This document shows positions 53,113 through 62,950 of a stretch of 64,000 nucleotides of DNA, one piece after another. The position numbers and the translations under genes are program-made. The notes beneath the pieces are model-generated. The model was not told the origin of the DNA, did not search any database, and worked only from the letters and a program-made list of their open reading frames with translations. Source of the DNA: a virus (lineage: Duplodnaviria > Caudoviricetes); IMG/VR virus record IMGVR_UViG_2710264778_000001, positions 165,130 through 229,129 of that record. One strand, 5' to 3'. Within the stretch, counting starts at the first letter, position 1. Every line of letters starts with the position of its first letter.

Positions 53113-53333
53113 TCTCCTAATTCTTCATCCCAATCTTTGCAACAATCAGGGCATTTATTAGTTTCATTTAAATTACAAGCTAAACAATCCATTTCTACTT
53201 GAATTTCTGCACATTTTACATTTAAATATATAACTCTTGGATTAGTACATTGATCATTTTTATTATGATCGCATTTAAAATTTACACAATTCATAAACTT
53301 CTCTCCTTTTAATTTAATATTTACCAACTTCAA
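53109..53333 (-). CDS. Cys-rich hypothetical protein
   Basis: Multiple Cys residues. Confidence 0.5.
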   Translation of the reverse strand: MKLVNIKLKGEKFMNCVNFKCDHNKNDQCTNPRVIYLNVKCAEIQVEMDCLACNLNETNKCPDCCKDWDEELGE

Positions 53334-53526
53334 AATAGCATGTATTATCTAACCAATGTGATCCTGTTTTAGTGTATCCCATTGTATCATCAATATATTT
53401 AACCATATGTATAATATCATTTTCTAAACATTGTTTTTGATATTTGCATTCATTGCAATTTACTTTTACAGTTGGAATTTTACTTGCCTCTATAAGATTT
53501 TTAAATGTTCCTTTAGGTACTAACAT
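53314..53526 (-). CDS. hypothetical protein
   Basis: ORF with RBS. Confidence 0.5.
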   Translation of the reverse strand: MLVPKGTFKNLIEASKIPTVKVNCNECKYQKQCLENDIIHMVKYIDDTMGYTKTGSHWLDNTCYFEVGKY

Positions 53527-53576
53527 AAGTTTACTACCTCCTAACCTTTTAAACTTTCCATTTTAAAAAATGACTA

Positions 53577-53960
53577 TTATTCTTTGCTAAGTTTCTTTTT
53601 CATAAATACTTCAAATGCCAATAAATCCATTTGCTCAATTAGTTCTTTTTTATCTTTTTCGCTTACACCTATATATTTTCTTACAAACTCTTTAAGGGTT
53701 TCAATATCTTGTAAGCCATTAGTTATTTTATTTTGAGCTTGTAGTTTTAATAACTCATCCATTTTAATATTTAATTCATCCATTAATTTTTCTCTTGAAT
53801 TAGTAGAAACAGTTAATGTAAATTTAACTTTATTTGTATCAATCTTAAAAGCTTCATTTGTTGTAATAATCTCTACTAATTTATCTTTTTCTGCAACAGA
53901 TATAACATTATTCAATGTTTGCATATTGCCATTAGATAAATTTTCTAAATAAATAACCAT
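53577..53960 (-). CDS. hypothetical protein
   Basis: ORF with RBS. Confidence 0.55.
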   Translation of the reverse strand: MVIYLENLSNGNMQTLNNVISVAEKDKLVEIITTNEAFKIDTNKVKFTLTVSTNSREKLMDELNIKMDELLKLQAQNKITNGLQDIETLKEFVRKYIGVSEKDKKELIEQMDLLAFEVFMKKKLSKE

Positions 53961-53998
53961 TTATAATTCACTCCTTTTTTAATTACCTATATTTTATT

Positions 53999-54265
53999 TT
54001 AATAACTCCAACCTTCTCTAACACAATTCTTTAAACCATTCAATATATGTAAATAACGCTCCACAGTTCCGATCCGTTCTAAGTATTCTGGCATCCCTAT
54101 ATAACCTATATTATTGTTTTTACAATATTTATCTTTTGAGTAATTAATATTAATTCCATATGTATCTTGATATATCTCTGACATTTTGGTGTATATATTT
54201 GATATGTCAAGGTTATTTTGCTTACAAAACTGTTCTACTAGGGTAATTAAGTATTCTGCTTTCAA
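53999..54265 (-). CDS. hypothetical protein
   Basis: Coupled ORF. Confidence 0.5.
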   Translation of the reverse strand: MKAEYLITLVEQFCKQNNLDISNIYTKMSEIYQDTYGININYSKDKYCKNNNIGYIGMPEYLERIGTVERYLHILNGLKNCVREGWSY

Positions 54266-54267
54266 TA

Positions 54268-54735
54268 TTAAAATCCCCCTCTATAACATTTAATTTTTGC
54301 TTCATCTCCAAGAATATTCTTTAATAATTTAGTTATACTTTCTTCAAATTCCTCTTTGTTATGAGGTATCTTTTCATTAGATTTATTTTCAACTTTGGGT
54401 TCTTGTTTTGTATTCTTTCTGTAATTATCAAATATTTCTTTATTGTAAAATATTTTCGTTTGTCCAAAACTTTCATCAAGTAAATATCCTTGATTCATTA
54501 TTAATTCTTTCTTTACTTCATCATGAAGTGGAAATTTAACCAATGCAAATTTAGGATACTCACACTTACCATCTATAGCCTGTTTAAATTTATTTTCCAT
54601 ATCATAGAGTGCATTTTCAACTAATCTCATTTGTAATTGTATTTCTCTCTGCAATCTAATTTCTTGTCGTTTCTTTTCTTCATCTTTCTTATGTATTTCA
54701 TTTAGTAAACTATTAAATTGATTTGCTTTAATCAT
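54268..54735 (-). CDS. hypothetical protein
   Basis: ORF with RBS after a promoter-like region. Confidence 0.55.
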   Translation of the reverse strand: MIKANQFNSLLNEIHKKDEEKKRQEIRLQREIQLQMRLVENALYDMENKFKQAIDGKCEYPKFALVKFPLHDEVKKELIMNQGYLLDESFGQTKIFYNKEIFDNYRKNTKQEPKVENKSNEKIPHNKEEFEESITKLLKNILGDEAKIKCYRGGF

Positions 54736-54836
54736 TTTAAATCTTTCCTTTCTTTAATTATATATATTTTATTTGCTTCTTGATATAATCTTACTACCAT
54801 AATATTCTAAAGTCAACAATTATTTATAATTTATTT

Positions 54837-55337
54837 TTATTCCCAAATTTCTTTATGTTTAATTATCTCTTCAATTCTTTTACTCTCACGTTTACCACAC
54901 CAATTACATACTCTTGTAGTGCCATCTGTATATGTAAATCTAGTATTATTAACATCTTGATACCATCCATCATGATCTATAAATAAACATCTGCCTATTT
55001 CTTCGTATCTTTTCCAAAACTCATCTGTAATATCTATGTATTCATCTTTAATATTAATCCTACAACTTAATTTATATATATTTTGACCAGTTACTATTTT
55101 AGACAATGAATTACCTATCACATCAGCATCATTCATATTACCTATATAAATATTTGCAAGTGGTAGAAAATTCATATCTAACTCTATTAAATGTCCATCA
55201 TAATTATCTACAGGATCAAAGTAAACTTTATTATATCCTTGTTTAATATATTTCTTTAAGAACTTATATAAATTACTAGAATATTTATCACTTATTTTAA
55301 TATCATTTGGTTTAAATTTATTAATATCTAATATCAT
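54837..55337 (-). CDS. hypothetical phage protein
   Basis: DIT..FW..Y...GRC and C.WCG motifs. Confidence 0.6.
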   Translation of the reverse strand: MILDINKFKPNDIKISDKYSSNLYKFLKKYIKQGYNKVYFDPVDNYDGHLIELDMNFLPLANIYIGNMNDADVIGNSLSKIVTGQNIYKLSCRINIKDEYIDITDEFWKRYEEIGRCLFIDHDGWYQDVNNTRFTYTDGTTRVCNWCGKRESKRIEEIIKHKEIWE

Positions 55338-55350
55338 TTTTATCTCTCCT

Positions 55351-55563
55351 TTATTTTATTCCTAAATAATTTGCATACACACTTACTAAGTAATAAGCCG
55401 CATTATACCCTATGATAATAGCAGGAATATCTATTAACACTTGAACCCAAACTAAATTTGTATTAATATTTGTATATTTTTTCAATATTATTTCGCTTAA
55501 CTTCCATATTGGTAAACTACATATCCAAACTAAAGTAAATGCAACTATATAAATCTTAAACAT
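55351..55563 (-). CDS. hypothetical membrane protein
   Basis: Two hydrophobic segments. Confidence 0.5.
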   Translation of the reverse strand: MFKIYIVAFTLVWICSLPIWKLSEIILKKYTNINTNLVWVQVLIDIPAIIIGYNAAYYLVSVYANYLGIK

Positions 55564-55886
55564 TATAATCCTCTACCTTTCAGTTTTAGTTTATTATATA
55601 ATTTGTTCCTATTATCGACACGTTTTAAATGCTTTTTGTAAAATCTGTATTTATTGTGATCAATCATTCTTCCCATTTCTAAAAATAATTTTCTTAATCC
55701 TTTTGATTTCTTAAATTTTGTAATTTGTATCTCACCAGTAAAAGATTTAAATGGAGCATCCACGGTTTTAGTTTCTATATCATTAATCTTTAATTTATTA
55801 ATTTGAATATCTTTTAAATCAAATGTACATACTTTAATTCCATTTGACCATAATGTACAATTGTTAAATTTTAATTCTTCTCCCAT
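55563..55886 (-). CDS. hypothetical protein
   Basis: ORF with RBS. Confidence 0.55.
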   Translation of the reverse strand: MGEELKFNNCTLWSNGIKVCTFDLKDIQINKLKINDIETKTVDAPFKSFTGEIQITKFKKSKGLRKLFLEMGRMIDHNKYRFYKKHLKRVDNRNKLYNKLKLKGRGL

Positions 55887-55908
55887 AAATAATTCTCCTT
55901 TATATTAT

Positions 55909-56292
55909 TTAATTTTGTGATTTATTTTTATAAAATAATTTTTGAAATATAGTTCTTTTTTTATTTTTTAAATTCTCTCTAGTTCCTTCTATTTTTAGTT
56001 CAATTTCTTTATTATTAAATATTATATTATTATTTAGTTCATTAAAACTATTCCAACACTCATTATAAAAATTTTTATCATCTTCATTTGTAAAAATATA
56101 ATCTGTGTATAATTCATGTCTGCTTAATTTTATATTATATTTATATTGAAGAATATTATAATCTGTTCCATCTATTGTGATTTTATCATTACTTTTAAGC
56201 TCCCTTTCTGTTTTTATAATTTTAACTTTTTTATTTTCAAGTACTTTCTTTTCTGTTTTAAATATTGGATTATGTAATATATTACGTTTCAA
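55909..56292 (-). CDS. hypothetical protein (5' end possibly frameshifted)
   Basis: Minus-strand ORF. Confidence 0.45.
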   Translation of the reverse strand: MKRNILHNPIFKTEKKVLENKKVKIIKTERELKSNDKITIDGTDYNILQYKYNIKLSRHELYTDYIFTNEDDKNFYNECWNSFNELNNNIIFNNKEIELKIEGTRENLKNKKRTIFQKLFYKNKSQN

Positions 56293-56519
56293 AAGTTCTA
56301 GTTCTTTTATATCATCATATGAATTCGTTTATAAATATAAATATACGGTTTTTTTAAATATTCTTCAAAAGAACAAGGTAAAACAGCAATATTCCTAATC
56401 CATAAAGGGTTAATATCTGGAACACATACATTGTATTTAAATTTAACTTTTTGTCCAAATATACAGTATTCTATCATTATTTCTTCAACTCCTTCATCCT
56501 TATAAAATTAAATTTTTAT

Positions 56520-56702
56520 TTAGACTTGTAATATGCTATCATCATACCATAAAATCCTATATCCATATTCTCTTTCACCAAAGAACATTGATTGAAAATA
56601 CTTTATACAGTCATTTATATTTTCGCCTTTATATATGTAAGTACAACACGTTTGTTTATCTTCGATTTCTAACTCAATTTTGACTGGCTCACTAACTACC
56701 AT
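56520..56702 (-). CDS. hypothetical protein
   Basis: ORF with RBS. Confidence 0.5.
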   Translation of the reverse strand: MVVSEPVKIELEIEDKQTCCTYIYKGENINDCIKYFQSMFFGEREYGYRILWYDDSILQV

Positions 56703-56716
56703 ATTATTTATCTCCT

Positions 56717-57259
56717 TTAATTATTAACTTTCAATCTGTTTAAACTCTCTCCTATAGCTTCAGTATATCCACAACCACCATTATAATAACTTAGTACATA
56801 AGAAATAGTTCCATCTGAATTTTCTTTTGCCTCAAATATATCGTCACCACAACACTCTCTGTCCTCTATAACTTCATATACATTACCTTTATGTATAATA
56901 TATCTTTCGTCAGAATCTCTTATAGCTTCTTCATACGAGTCATAATAGTTGTCTAATCGTTTTATTCCTAGCATTCTCTTACATTGTTCTTCTAAAGTTT
57001 CATTTTCTAATTTTTCTATTAATTTAATTCTTTGAACAATTTTATATTTAAATTCGTCTTCACCTACAATTGTCATTCTGATAAGCCATCTTTGACCAGT
57101 ATATACTTCAAGTTCTGTCATAGTATCATAATAATAACTTATACCTTCATCATCTTTAAAACAATATTGATTTCCTTGGTTTGGATATTTCTCACTCACT
57201 TCATGGTCTGAAGCAATTGTTACAGGCATTTCAATTCTTTTTTGTTCTATTTTAATCAT
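56717..57259 (-). CDS. hypothetical protein
   Basis: ORF with AGGAGG RBS; YYNGG motif. Confidence 0.6.
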   Translation of the reverse strand: MIKIEQKRIEMPVTIASDHEVSEKYPNQGNQYCFKDDEGISYYYDTMTELEVYTGQRWLIRMTIVGEDEFKYKIVQRIKLIEKLENETLEEQCKRMLGIKRLDNYYDSYEEAIRDSDERYIIHKGNVYEVIEDRECCGDDIFEAKENSDGTISYVLSYYNGGCGYTEAIGESLNRLKVNN

Positions 57260-57307
57260 TTTATCCTCCTAATTTCTGCTTAAAATGGCTCTTTTAAATG
57301 AACTACC

Positions 57308-57568
57308 TTATATTAATTTCAGCATCCAATCATCATTTTTATCACTATAAGTTTCTATAAATTTATCTATATTTTTCATTATTTCATCCTCTGTATCTCC
57401 TTCAATTTCTTGTTTACCCGAATCTAATCTATTGTCTTTATTCCATATAAAATCAAAATAAATAATTACACAATACTCAATATTACCTTCTTTATCATTT
57501 GGGCTTTCAATATAAACGTCTTTAAAGCCTTTTAATAATATTTTTTCTTTCAATGTCATTATAAGCAC
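57308..57568 (-). CDS. hypothetical protein
   Basis: Single ORF between two TAAAA-N6-TTTTA sites. Confidence 0.55.
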   Translation of the reverse strand: MLIMTLKEKILLKGFKDVYIESPNDKEGNIEYCVIIYFDFIWNKDNRLDSGKQEIEGDTEDEIMKNIDKFIETYSDKNDDWMLKLI

Positions 57569-57603
57569 GTTCCTTTCATCATAAAATTATTGTTTTATAA
57601 ATA

Positions 57604-57837
57604 TTATTCAACTTCTTCTTTATTTCTTTCAATTTGCTTATTTAATTCTTTTTTTATATTAAACGCCTCTATAAGTATATTAATGCAATTAATTACATTT
57701 TCATCTTTTTGTAATGTTCCAAGTTTAATTAAATCCTGAATAACATCATATTTAAACTTTATTGATTGCAAACTTCTTGTTTCTAAGCCTTTAGTATCCA
57801 ACATAATTATTTTACCTCCATTTCTTTCTAAATTCAT
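57604..57837 (-). CDS. hypothetical protein
   Basis: Minus-strand ORF. Confidence 0.5.
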   Translation of the reverse strand: MNLERNGGKIIMLDTKGLETRSLQSIKFKYDVIQDLIKLGTLQKDENVINCINILIEAFNIKKELNKQIERNKEEVE

Positions 57838-58031
57838 TATTATTATTTTAATGTTTTTTGATTTAATATAACTTCATTACTAATTTGATAATCATTTAAT
57901 GCTTGTTTTATTATATTTAATATACGATTTTCGTTATCATCTTTTTCATTTATAAGTAATTTAATATCATATTGGATTATCATAATTTCACCTCACTTCA
58001 TTTAAAAGATATATTTGATTAAGACTTTGGA

Positions 58032-58319
58032 TTATTTCAAATCCAATAATTTCAAACAACTAGAAACATGATCTTGAGAACTTTTATTATTTTCTGCTAT
58101 AGCACTAAACATTGCAGTTTCAAAGTTATTTACACCAAAGTTATAAAAACATTTTTTACCTTCAATAAATGGGAAATATAAAGAAAAATTTTCATTGTAT
58201 CTAACTTTAGCAATTTGATATTTTCCCTCTATATTTATTACATCTAATACTTCCACTTTAGCCTTTGTTTTCTCATCCTCTAATCTGAAAAATTCTTTTA
58301 CTTTTTCTATCATATCCAT
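58032..58319 (-). CDS. hypothetical protein
   Basis: ORF with AGGAGG RBS. Confidence 0.55.
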   Translation of the reverse strand: MDMIEKVKEFFRLEDEKTKAKVEVLDVINIEGKYQIAKVRYNENFSLYFPFIEGKKCFYNFGVNNFETAMFSAIAENNKSSQDHVSSCLKLLDLK

Positions 58320-58392
58320 TTTTCATTCCTCCTAAATTTTATTAAAATATAGTTTTATAATTACGAGGAAGAAAATTCTTCCTACATTTTAA

Positions 58393-58722
58393 TTAGTCTT
58401 CATTGTAGATTGACTCTTCACCATTCATAAATCTAACAACATCCACATCTAAATTTTCACCAAAATAGGCTTCATACATTTCCGGAGAGATTGGTGTAAT
58501 TTTTGCTTTATTTCTATTTAGTATACTTGCATTCTCATCTACTATTATTTCTGTTTCAAATACAAGCCAGTTTCTATCTACTACTATTGACTCTATTGTG
58601 ATAGCTTCTGGTTCATATTTATTATTAACAAATAATCCTCTTTCTTCACTATATTCATATATAGGCATTTCATGATCACTCCATGCTAAATTATCTAAAC
58701 TTATTGCTTTTACCTTTTTCAT
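58393..58722 (-). CDS. hypothetical protein
   Basis: ORF with RBS. Confidence 0.55.
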   Translation of the reverse strand: MKKVKAISLDNLAWSDHEMPIYEYSEERGLFVNNKYEPEAITIESIVVDRNWLVFETEIIVDENASILNRNKAKITPISPEMYEAYFGENLDVDVVRFMNGEESIYNED

Positions 58723-58988
58723 ATTCTCACTACTCCTTTTATTCTACTATTATTAATTATTATATCCTAAAATCTCTGAATACTCGTCACAACCTAAAGG
58801 TTGGACGGTTCTAAATTAATTAATACTCTTACTAACTCTCATTTATAGCATTGTTATCATCTATATCTTACAACATTTAGTCTATTATATTAATTATCAT
58901 TAGACTTTCTTGCCAATTTCTATATTTAGAAAATTAACGACAAAGGCACGATTCTAATACCTTTTTTATTTGCAATTTTTATTATTAA

Positions 58989-60431
58989 TTATATTCCCAT
59001 ACTTGAAATTAATCTATTATCACTATTTTTAATTCTTATTATTTCAATATCATGCAATGTTTTAAAACTATCAAATTCACTTAGTAATTTATCTCTATCT
59101 ATTGTATCTAATTTCATTTTATCATCTATTATTACATTCTTTATTATTAAACCACTCATTAAATCTCTTTGTATTTTGCAATTCTCAAACTCATTCCATC
59201 TTTGAGATAATTTCTTTTTAATATATTCATCAGTAAATGGATTATATTGACTAGCCTTAACTTTATAAGTATTAACTTTAAATAACCATAAACTTTCATA
59301 TTTTAATTTTCTATTTAGTATTTCTAAAAACATACTCGGCGCTTTGTTTGCTAGACTCTTTCCAAATCTTTTCTTTTTATTAAATTTGCCTGTCTTCTCA
59401 TTTATAGTTGTATTTTTACTTCTAGCTTGTAATCCACTATAATTCATAGTTTCGACTTTTATTATATTTCCTAAAGATAAAACATAATTAGCTAGTTCTT
59501 CATGAGATTGTTTTCTAATCCTAGCCATTTTTCCTTGAATATCTCTTAGTTTATTTTGAGTTTTAATATAATTCTTGGATTTAATCCATTTATCTCTATT
59601 ATGAATATTAATTGTTTCATCTTCATTATATTTATTAGGATTGTTAGCACGTCTTTGTCTATCTAATTTTCTAGATAATCTAGTTTTAACTTTTTGAATA
59701 TTATTAATTCCCTCAGCTAATTCTAATAACTTAGTTTCATTATCTGATACAATAGCTACTGTTCTAGTTCCAATATCTAGCCCAACTTCACCTTGTCCAA
59801 TATCTCTTTTTTTAGGTGGTATTCCTGTTAAAACTAATTGAACATAATATAAATTTCTATTTCCCTTTTGTTTTCTTATTATTCTACAATATTTAATTTT
59901 ATCCTGTAATGCTAATTGTGCATATTCATCATTATTTCTAACAACGCATTCTAAAATTAAATCATTGAAATATATTCTACCATCTCTATATCTAATTCCT
60001 TGTCTATTAGTTAATCCTTCGATAGAATACATTTCATTGTATCTAATAAAATTAACTCGTTTAGCATTTCCAAATCTCATTCTATCTATTGTTTTTATAA
60101 CTCTAGCAGATAATGCTTGAACTGTATTTGCATCTATATCTTTAAATTCATTAACTCTTAAAGAAGTTGAATATTTATTTAAAGCAAATTTATCATAGTT
60201 AGCATATTCTTCTGCTTGTTTAAATAAACTAGATTTAGTTTTCTTATCAGTTTCTATTCTTGCTTGTTGATATAATTTAGATTCTCTCATTAGTCTAAAT
60301 CTTCTTAATCCTTCATCTAGTAAAGCATTGTATAGTTTTCTTGATAATTCAAAGTATTTATCTAATGCCACTATTTCTGATTTATTTGTTTTAAGCTTTA
60401 AAGTTAATACATAACTATCTGTTTTCGCCAT
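58989..60431 (-). CDS. tnpB: TnpB RNA-guided endonuclease
   Basis: R.LYN, GLDIG, KVE, ASQ and QRD motifs; follows tnpA. Confidence 0.88.
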   Translation of the reverse strand: MAKTDSYVLTLKLKTNKSEIVALDKYFELSRKLYNALLDEGLRRFRLMRESKLYQQARIETDKKTKSSLFKQAEEYANYDKFALNKYSTSLRVNEFKDIDANTVQALSARVIKTIDRMRFGNAKRVNFIRYNEMYSIEGLTNRQGIRYRDGRIYFNDLILECVVRNNDEYAQLALQDKIKYCRIIRKQKGNRNLYYVQLVLTGIPPKKRDIGQGEVGLDIGTRTVAIVSDNETKLLELAEGINNIQKVKTRLSRKLDRQRRANNPNKYNEDETINIHNRDKWIKSKNYIKTQNKLRDIQGKMARIRKQSHEELANYVLSLGNIIKVETMNYSGLQARSKNTTINEKTGKFNKKKRFGKSLANKAPSMFLEILNRKLKYESLWLFKVNTYKVKASQYNPFTDEYIKKKLSQRWNEFENCKIQRDLMSGLIIKNVIIDDKMKLDTIDRDKLLSEFDSFKTLHDIEIIRIKNSDNRLISSMGI

Positions 60432-60480
60432 AAATATTCACTTCCTTTCGTTTTATATAATATATTTTGTTACTAATATA

Positions 60481-60509
60481 ATTATACTCTTTTTAGTATA
60501 ATTTGTCAA
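60481..60509 (-). promoter_or_regulatory. consensus sigma-A promoter for IS tnpB
   Basis: TTGACA-N17-TATAAT. Confidence 0.75.
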
Positions 60510-60512
60510 ATA

Positions 60513-60932
60513 TTACTTACCTTGATTTTCAATATATTTCTTTACTACTTCTAGGCTTACGCTTCCTACAGTAGCAATAAAAGTTGACCTACTCCAAAAC
60601 TTTCCTCCCCATAATTTATTACGTTTTATATATGGAAATTCTTCAAATAATCTATGAGCAGAAATTTGTTTTATTAAAGAGACACATTTACAAATACCAA
60701 ATCTAGGATTACAAGTTATTATCATGTGAATATGGTCTCTATCTGTTTCAATATCTTCTATGATAAAATCATAAGCTTTAGAAACTTCTATACAAATTTC
60801 TTTTAATCTATCTGAAACTTTACCTACTAATATTTTATGTCTATATTTAGGACAAAATACTATATGATAACTACAACGAAAAACTAAATGTTCACTCGAA
60901 TAATATTTATCATTTTCTCTATATTGTTTCAT
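60513..60932 (-). CDS. tnpA: Y1 HUH transposase
   Basis: YHIVFCPKYR, DHIH, LWGGKFWS and catalytic YIENQ motifs. Confidence 0.95.
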   Translation of the reverse strand: MKQYRENDKYYSSEHLVFRCSYHIVFCPKYRHKILVGKVSDRLKEICIEVSKAYDFIIEDIETDRDHIHMIITCNPRFGICKCVSLIKQISAHRLFEEFPYIKRNKLWGGKFWSRSTFIATVGSVSLEVVKKYIENQGK

Positions 60933-61543
60933 TTTATTCTCCTCAAAGGGCTATTCCTCTGCACAAGCTAAAGCTTGGCAGTTACCTAGCCTAATTTTAT
61001 ATGTAATTTATTATTGTATAATTCATTTATGCTTATACCAAACTCAATTACCATGTTTTTCACCTCCTTACAAATACTATATTACCATAATTTATTTTAT
61101 CTGTCAAATACTTATTTATATTTGTTTACATCTATATAAAATCACAGATTTATTGGATTTTTCATAATATTTATATTCTTTACTTTAACTTAATTATATT
61201 TTATCCTTAACAGTATTATACAATAAATCAAAACCTTCTCTAGTAAATTTTATCCTTGGTAAATATTCATCATAATTTACAGCATATTCTCATTCTGATA
61301 CTCACAATTTAACTTTTGTTTTCTTCTAATTTGATATATTATATTTTCATTTAATAGTATATCAATTAAATTTTGATAATTGATTTTAAGTTTTCTTTCT
61401 ATATCTGCTGTGCTAAAATATTTAATCTTTTTATTTATTTTCTAATGACTTTGTTTTCATTAATTAATTTTCCTAGTCTTTCTTTTAACATCCAACCTTC
61501 TAATAATAAATTATCTTTTCATTTATTATTATTTTATCTCCAT

Positions 61544-61873
61544 TTAAACTTGTTCTAAAGTATTTTCAATATTATATCCATTATTAATACTATTATATTC
61601 TTGTATATATTTATCCTCATAAACAAGCAAAATGTATTTATCTATAAAATTATCAATATCTTCACTAAGTATTGTCACTACTTCAAACTTAAAGTTATCT
61701 GCTCCATAAGTATTCCAATCAGTTTGCAACTTATAACTATGATGTTTATTATTTTCTAAATCCTCCTTATGTTCTTCCCAACGCCTGTATATGTCCAGAG
61801 ATTCTCCTATATAAACTTCACCATTAATTAAGTTTGTTATTTTATATATTCCTCTTATTTTGTATTTATTCAT
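61544..61873 (-). CDS. GIY-YIG endonuclease (C-terminus frameshifted)
   Basis: GIYKITN...VYIGES, R...H, FKFEV and GYN motifs. Confidence 0.8.
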   Translation of the reverse strand: MNKYKIRGIYKITNLINGEVYIGESLDIYRRWEEHKEDLENNKHHSYKLQTDWNTYGADNFKFEVVTILSEDIDNFIDKYILLVYEDKYIQEYNSINNGYNIENTLEQV

Positions 61874-61930
61874 TTAATTATCTTCCTTTCACTTATGTAT
61901 ATTTTATCTTTATTGCACTCTTAAATTCAT

Positions 61931-62044
61931 TTGCACCCGATAAAGCACTTTTTTTGTCTTTTCTTGCACCCGATTATGGGGTATTACCCTTAAACCTTGC
62001 ACCCGATAAAGGTATATTTATACCTAAACTTGCACACGCAAATG
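61931..62044. repeat. iteron-like direct repeats, probable replication origin
   Basis: TTGCACCCGATAAAG-like units at 61931, 61964, 61997 and 62030 (exact 33-bp period), with degenerate copies at 61913 and 62059 and an AT-rich stretch at 62090-62165. Confidence 0.7.
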
Positions 62045-62188
62045 ACACTTTTGAAAAACTGCACCCCCATTTTTTAATCATGATAGGAGTGTAAATATAT
62101 AAATTAAATAACCATATAGATTAATTAAATATATAAATTAACTATCAATATAAATTAATAACAAGATAGAATCTTCGTAGCTGAAACG

Positions 62189-62950
62189 CTACTCACTTTG
62201 ACTTTTGTTTTCTTTGTCTTGTTTTTCTAGTTTGTTATATTCTTCTTGTAGTAATTTCAATCTTTCTTGTTCTAAATTTGTTATTGTATTTTCATTTATT
62301 TTATTTTCTAATGTATTTATCATTTGCTTTAGGCTTCTTTTTATATTGGATTTGTTCTTGCTTAGTTTATTTAATTTTATAAATCCATTTTGTTCTCTAT
62401 ATCTATTTACTCTATTAGTTAGTAGTTCAATATCCATATATCTGCTATAGAACATTTTAGAATTCTTGATTTGTCCTTTAGTTGTTTCCTTATAACCAGC
62501 ATAATCACAATATAAAATCTCATTAGCTTGTAATATGTCTGTATATTTTACTATAGTTGATTCACCTATTCCAATTGTATCTGATATATTGTTGAATGAT
62601 GGATAGCACAATTTATAATCTTCATCAGTTTCGCTATTATTTATAAATGAGTATATATACAATACAAAATTAATTAATGAATATGTATCTAATTTATATG
62701 TATTAGCTATTTTTAGTAGTTCTAATATTTCAAGATCGTATATTATTGTGTAATCAACAACATCTGGAATATAGCAATACAAAAAATCATTTCTATCAAT
62801 AGATTCTATATTATTTATTTTGTTTTCTTTATAATCATTGAGTACATTTTTATATAGTTCAATAACATTATCATCTATCAGTTGTTGTAGTATTAATTTT
62901 ATATCATTTACTTTTCTATTGTTATTCCTAGAATAATTAAGCATGTCCAT
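62189..62950 (-). CDS. putative HTH replication-initiator-like protein (5' part frameshifted)
   Basis: CYPSF..IS..IGI...TI.KY...L winged-helix-like motif; next to the iterons. Confidence 0.5.
   Translation of the reverse strand: MDMLNYSRNNNRKVNDIKLILQQLIDDNVIELYKNVLNDYKENKINNIESIDRNDFLYCYIPDVVDYTIIYDLEILELLKIANTYKLDTYSLINFVLYIYSFINNSETDEDYKLCYPSFNNISDTIGIGESTIVKYTDILQANEILYCDYAGYKETTKGQIKNSKMFYSRYMDIELLTNRVNRYREQNGFIKLNKLSKNKSNIKRSLKQMINTLENKINENTITNLEQERLKLLQEEYNKLEKQDKENKSQSE

Larger units (their letters stand above)
58777..61000 (-). mobile_element. IS200/IS605-family insertion sequence (tnpA + tnpB)
   Basis: Related subterminal hairpins GCACAAGCTAAAGCTTGGC (about 60961) and GTCACAACCTAAAGGTTGGAC (about 58786). 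The right end is probably TTCA; ends are approximate by 1-2 bp. Confidence 0.85.
2344..61152. repeat. dispersed TAAAA-N6-TTTTA inverted-repeat sites (about 24 intergenic copies)
   Basis: Exact copies start at 2344, 13472, 23592, 26528, 48783, 50984, 51609, 56503, 57281 and 57582. Near-exact copies start at 6478, 7726, 8532, 14523, 16378, 25038, 27755, 29988, 44120, 46281, 53550, 58003, 58342 and 61137. Confidence 0.75.

Noticed and set aside
61931-62044. Mini-CRISPR or guide-RNA array
   Set aside because: Repeats are only about 15 bp with 18-bp gaps, are non-palindromic and have no cas genes nearby. Position beside an AT-rich tract and initiator genes fits iterons better.
1432-62450. Plus-strand ORFs in the ORF track
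   Set aside because: They are shadows antisense to, or overlapping, well-supported minus-strand genes or repeats, with biased composition and no recognisable motifs.
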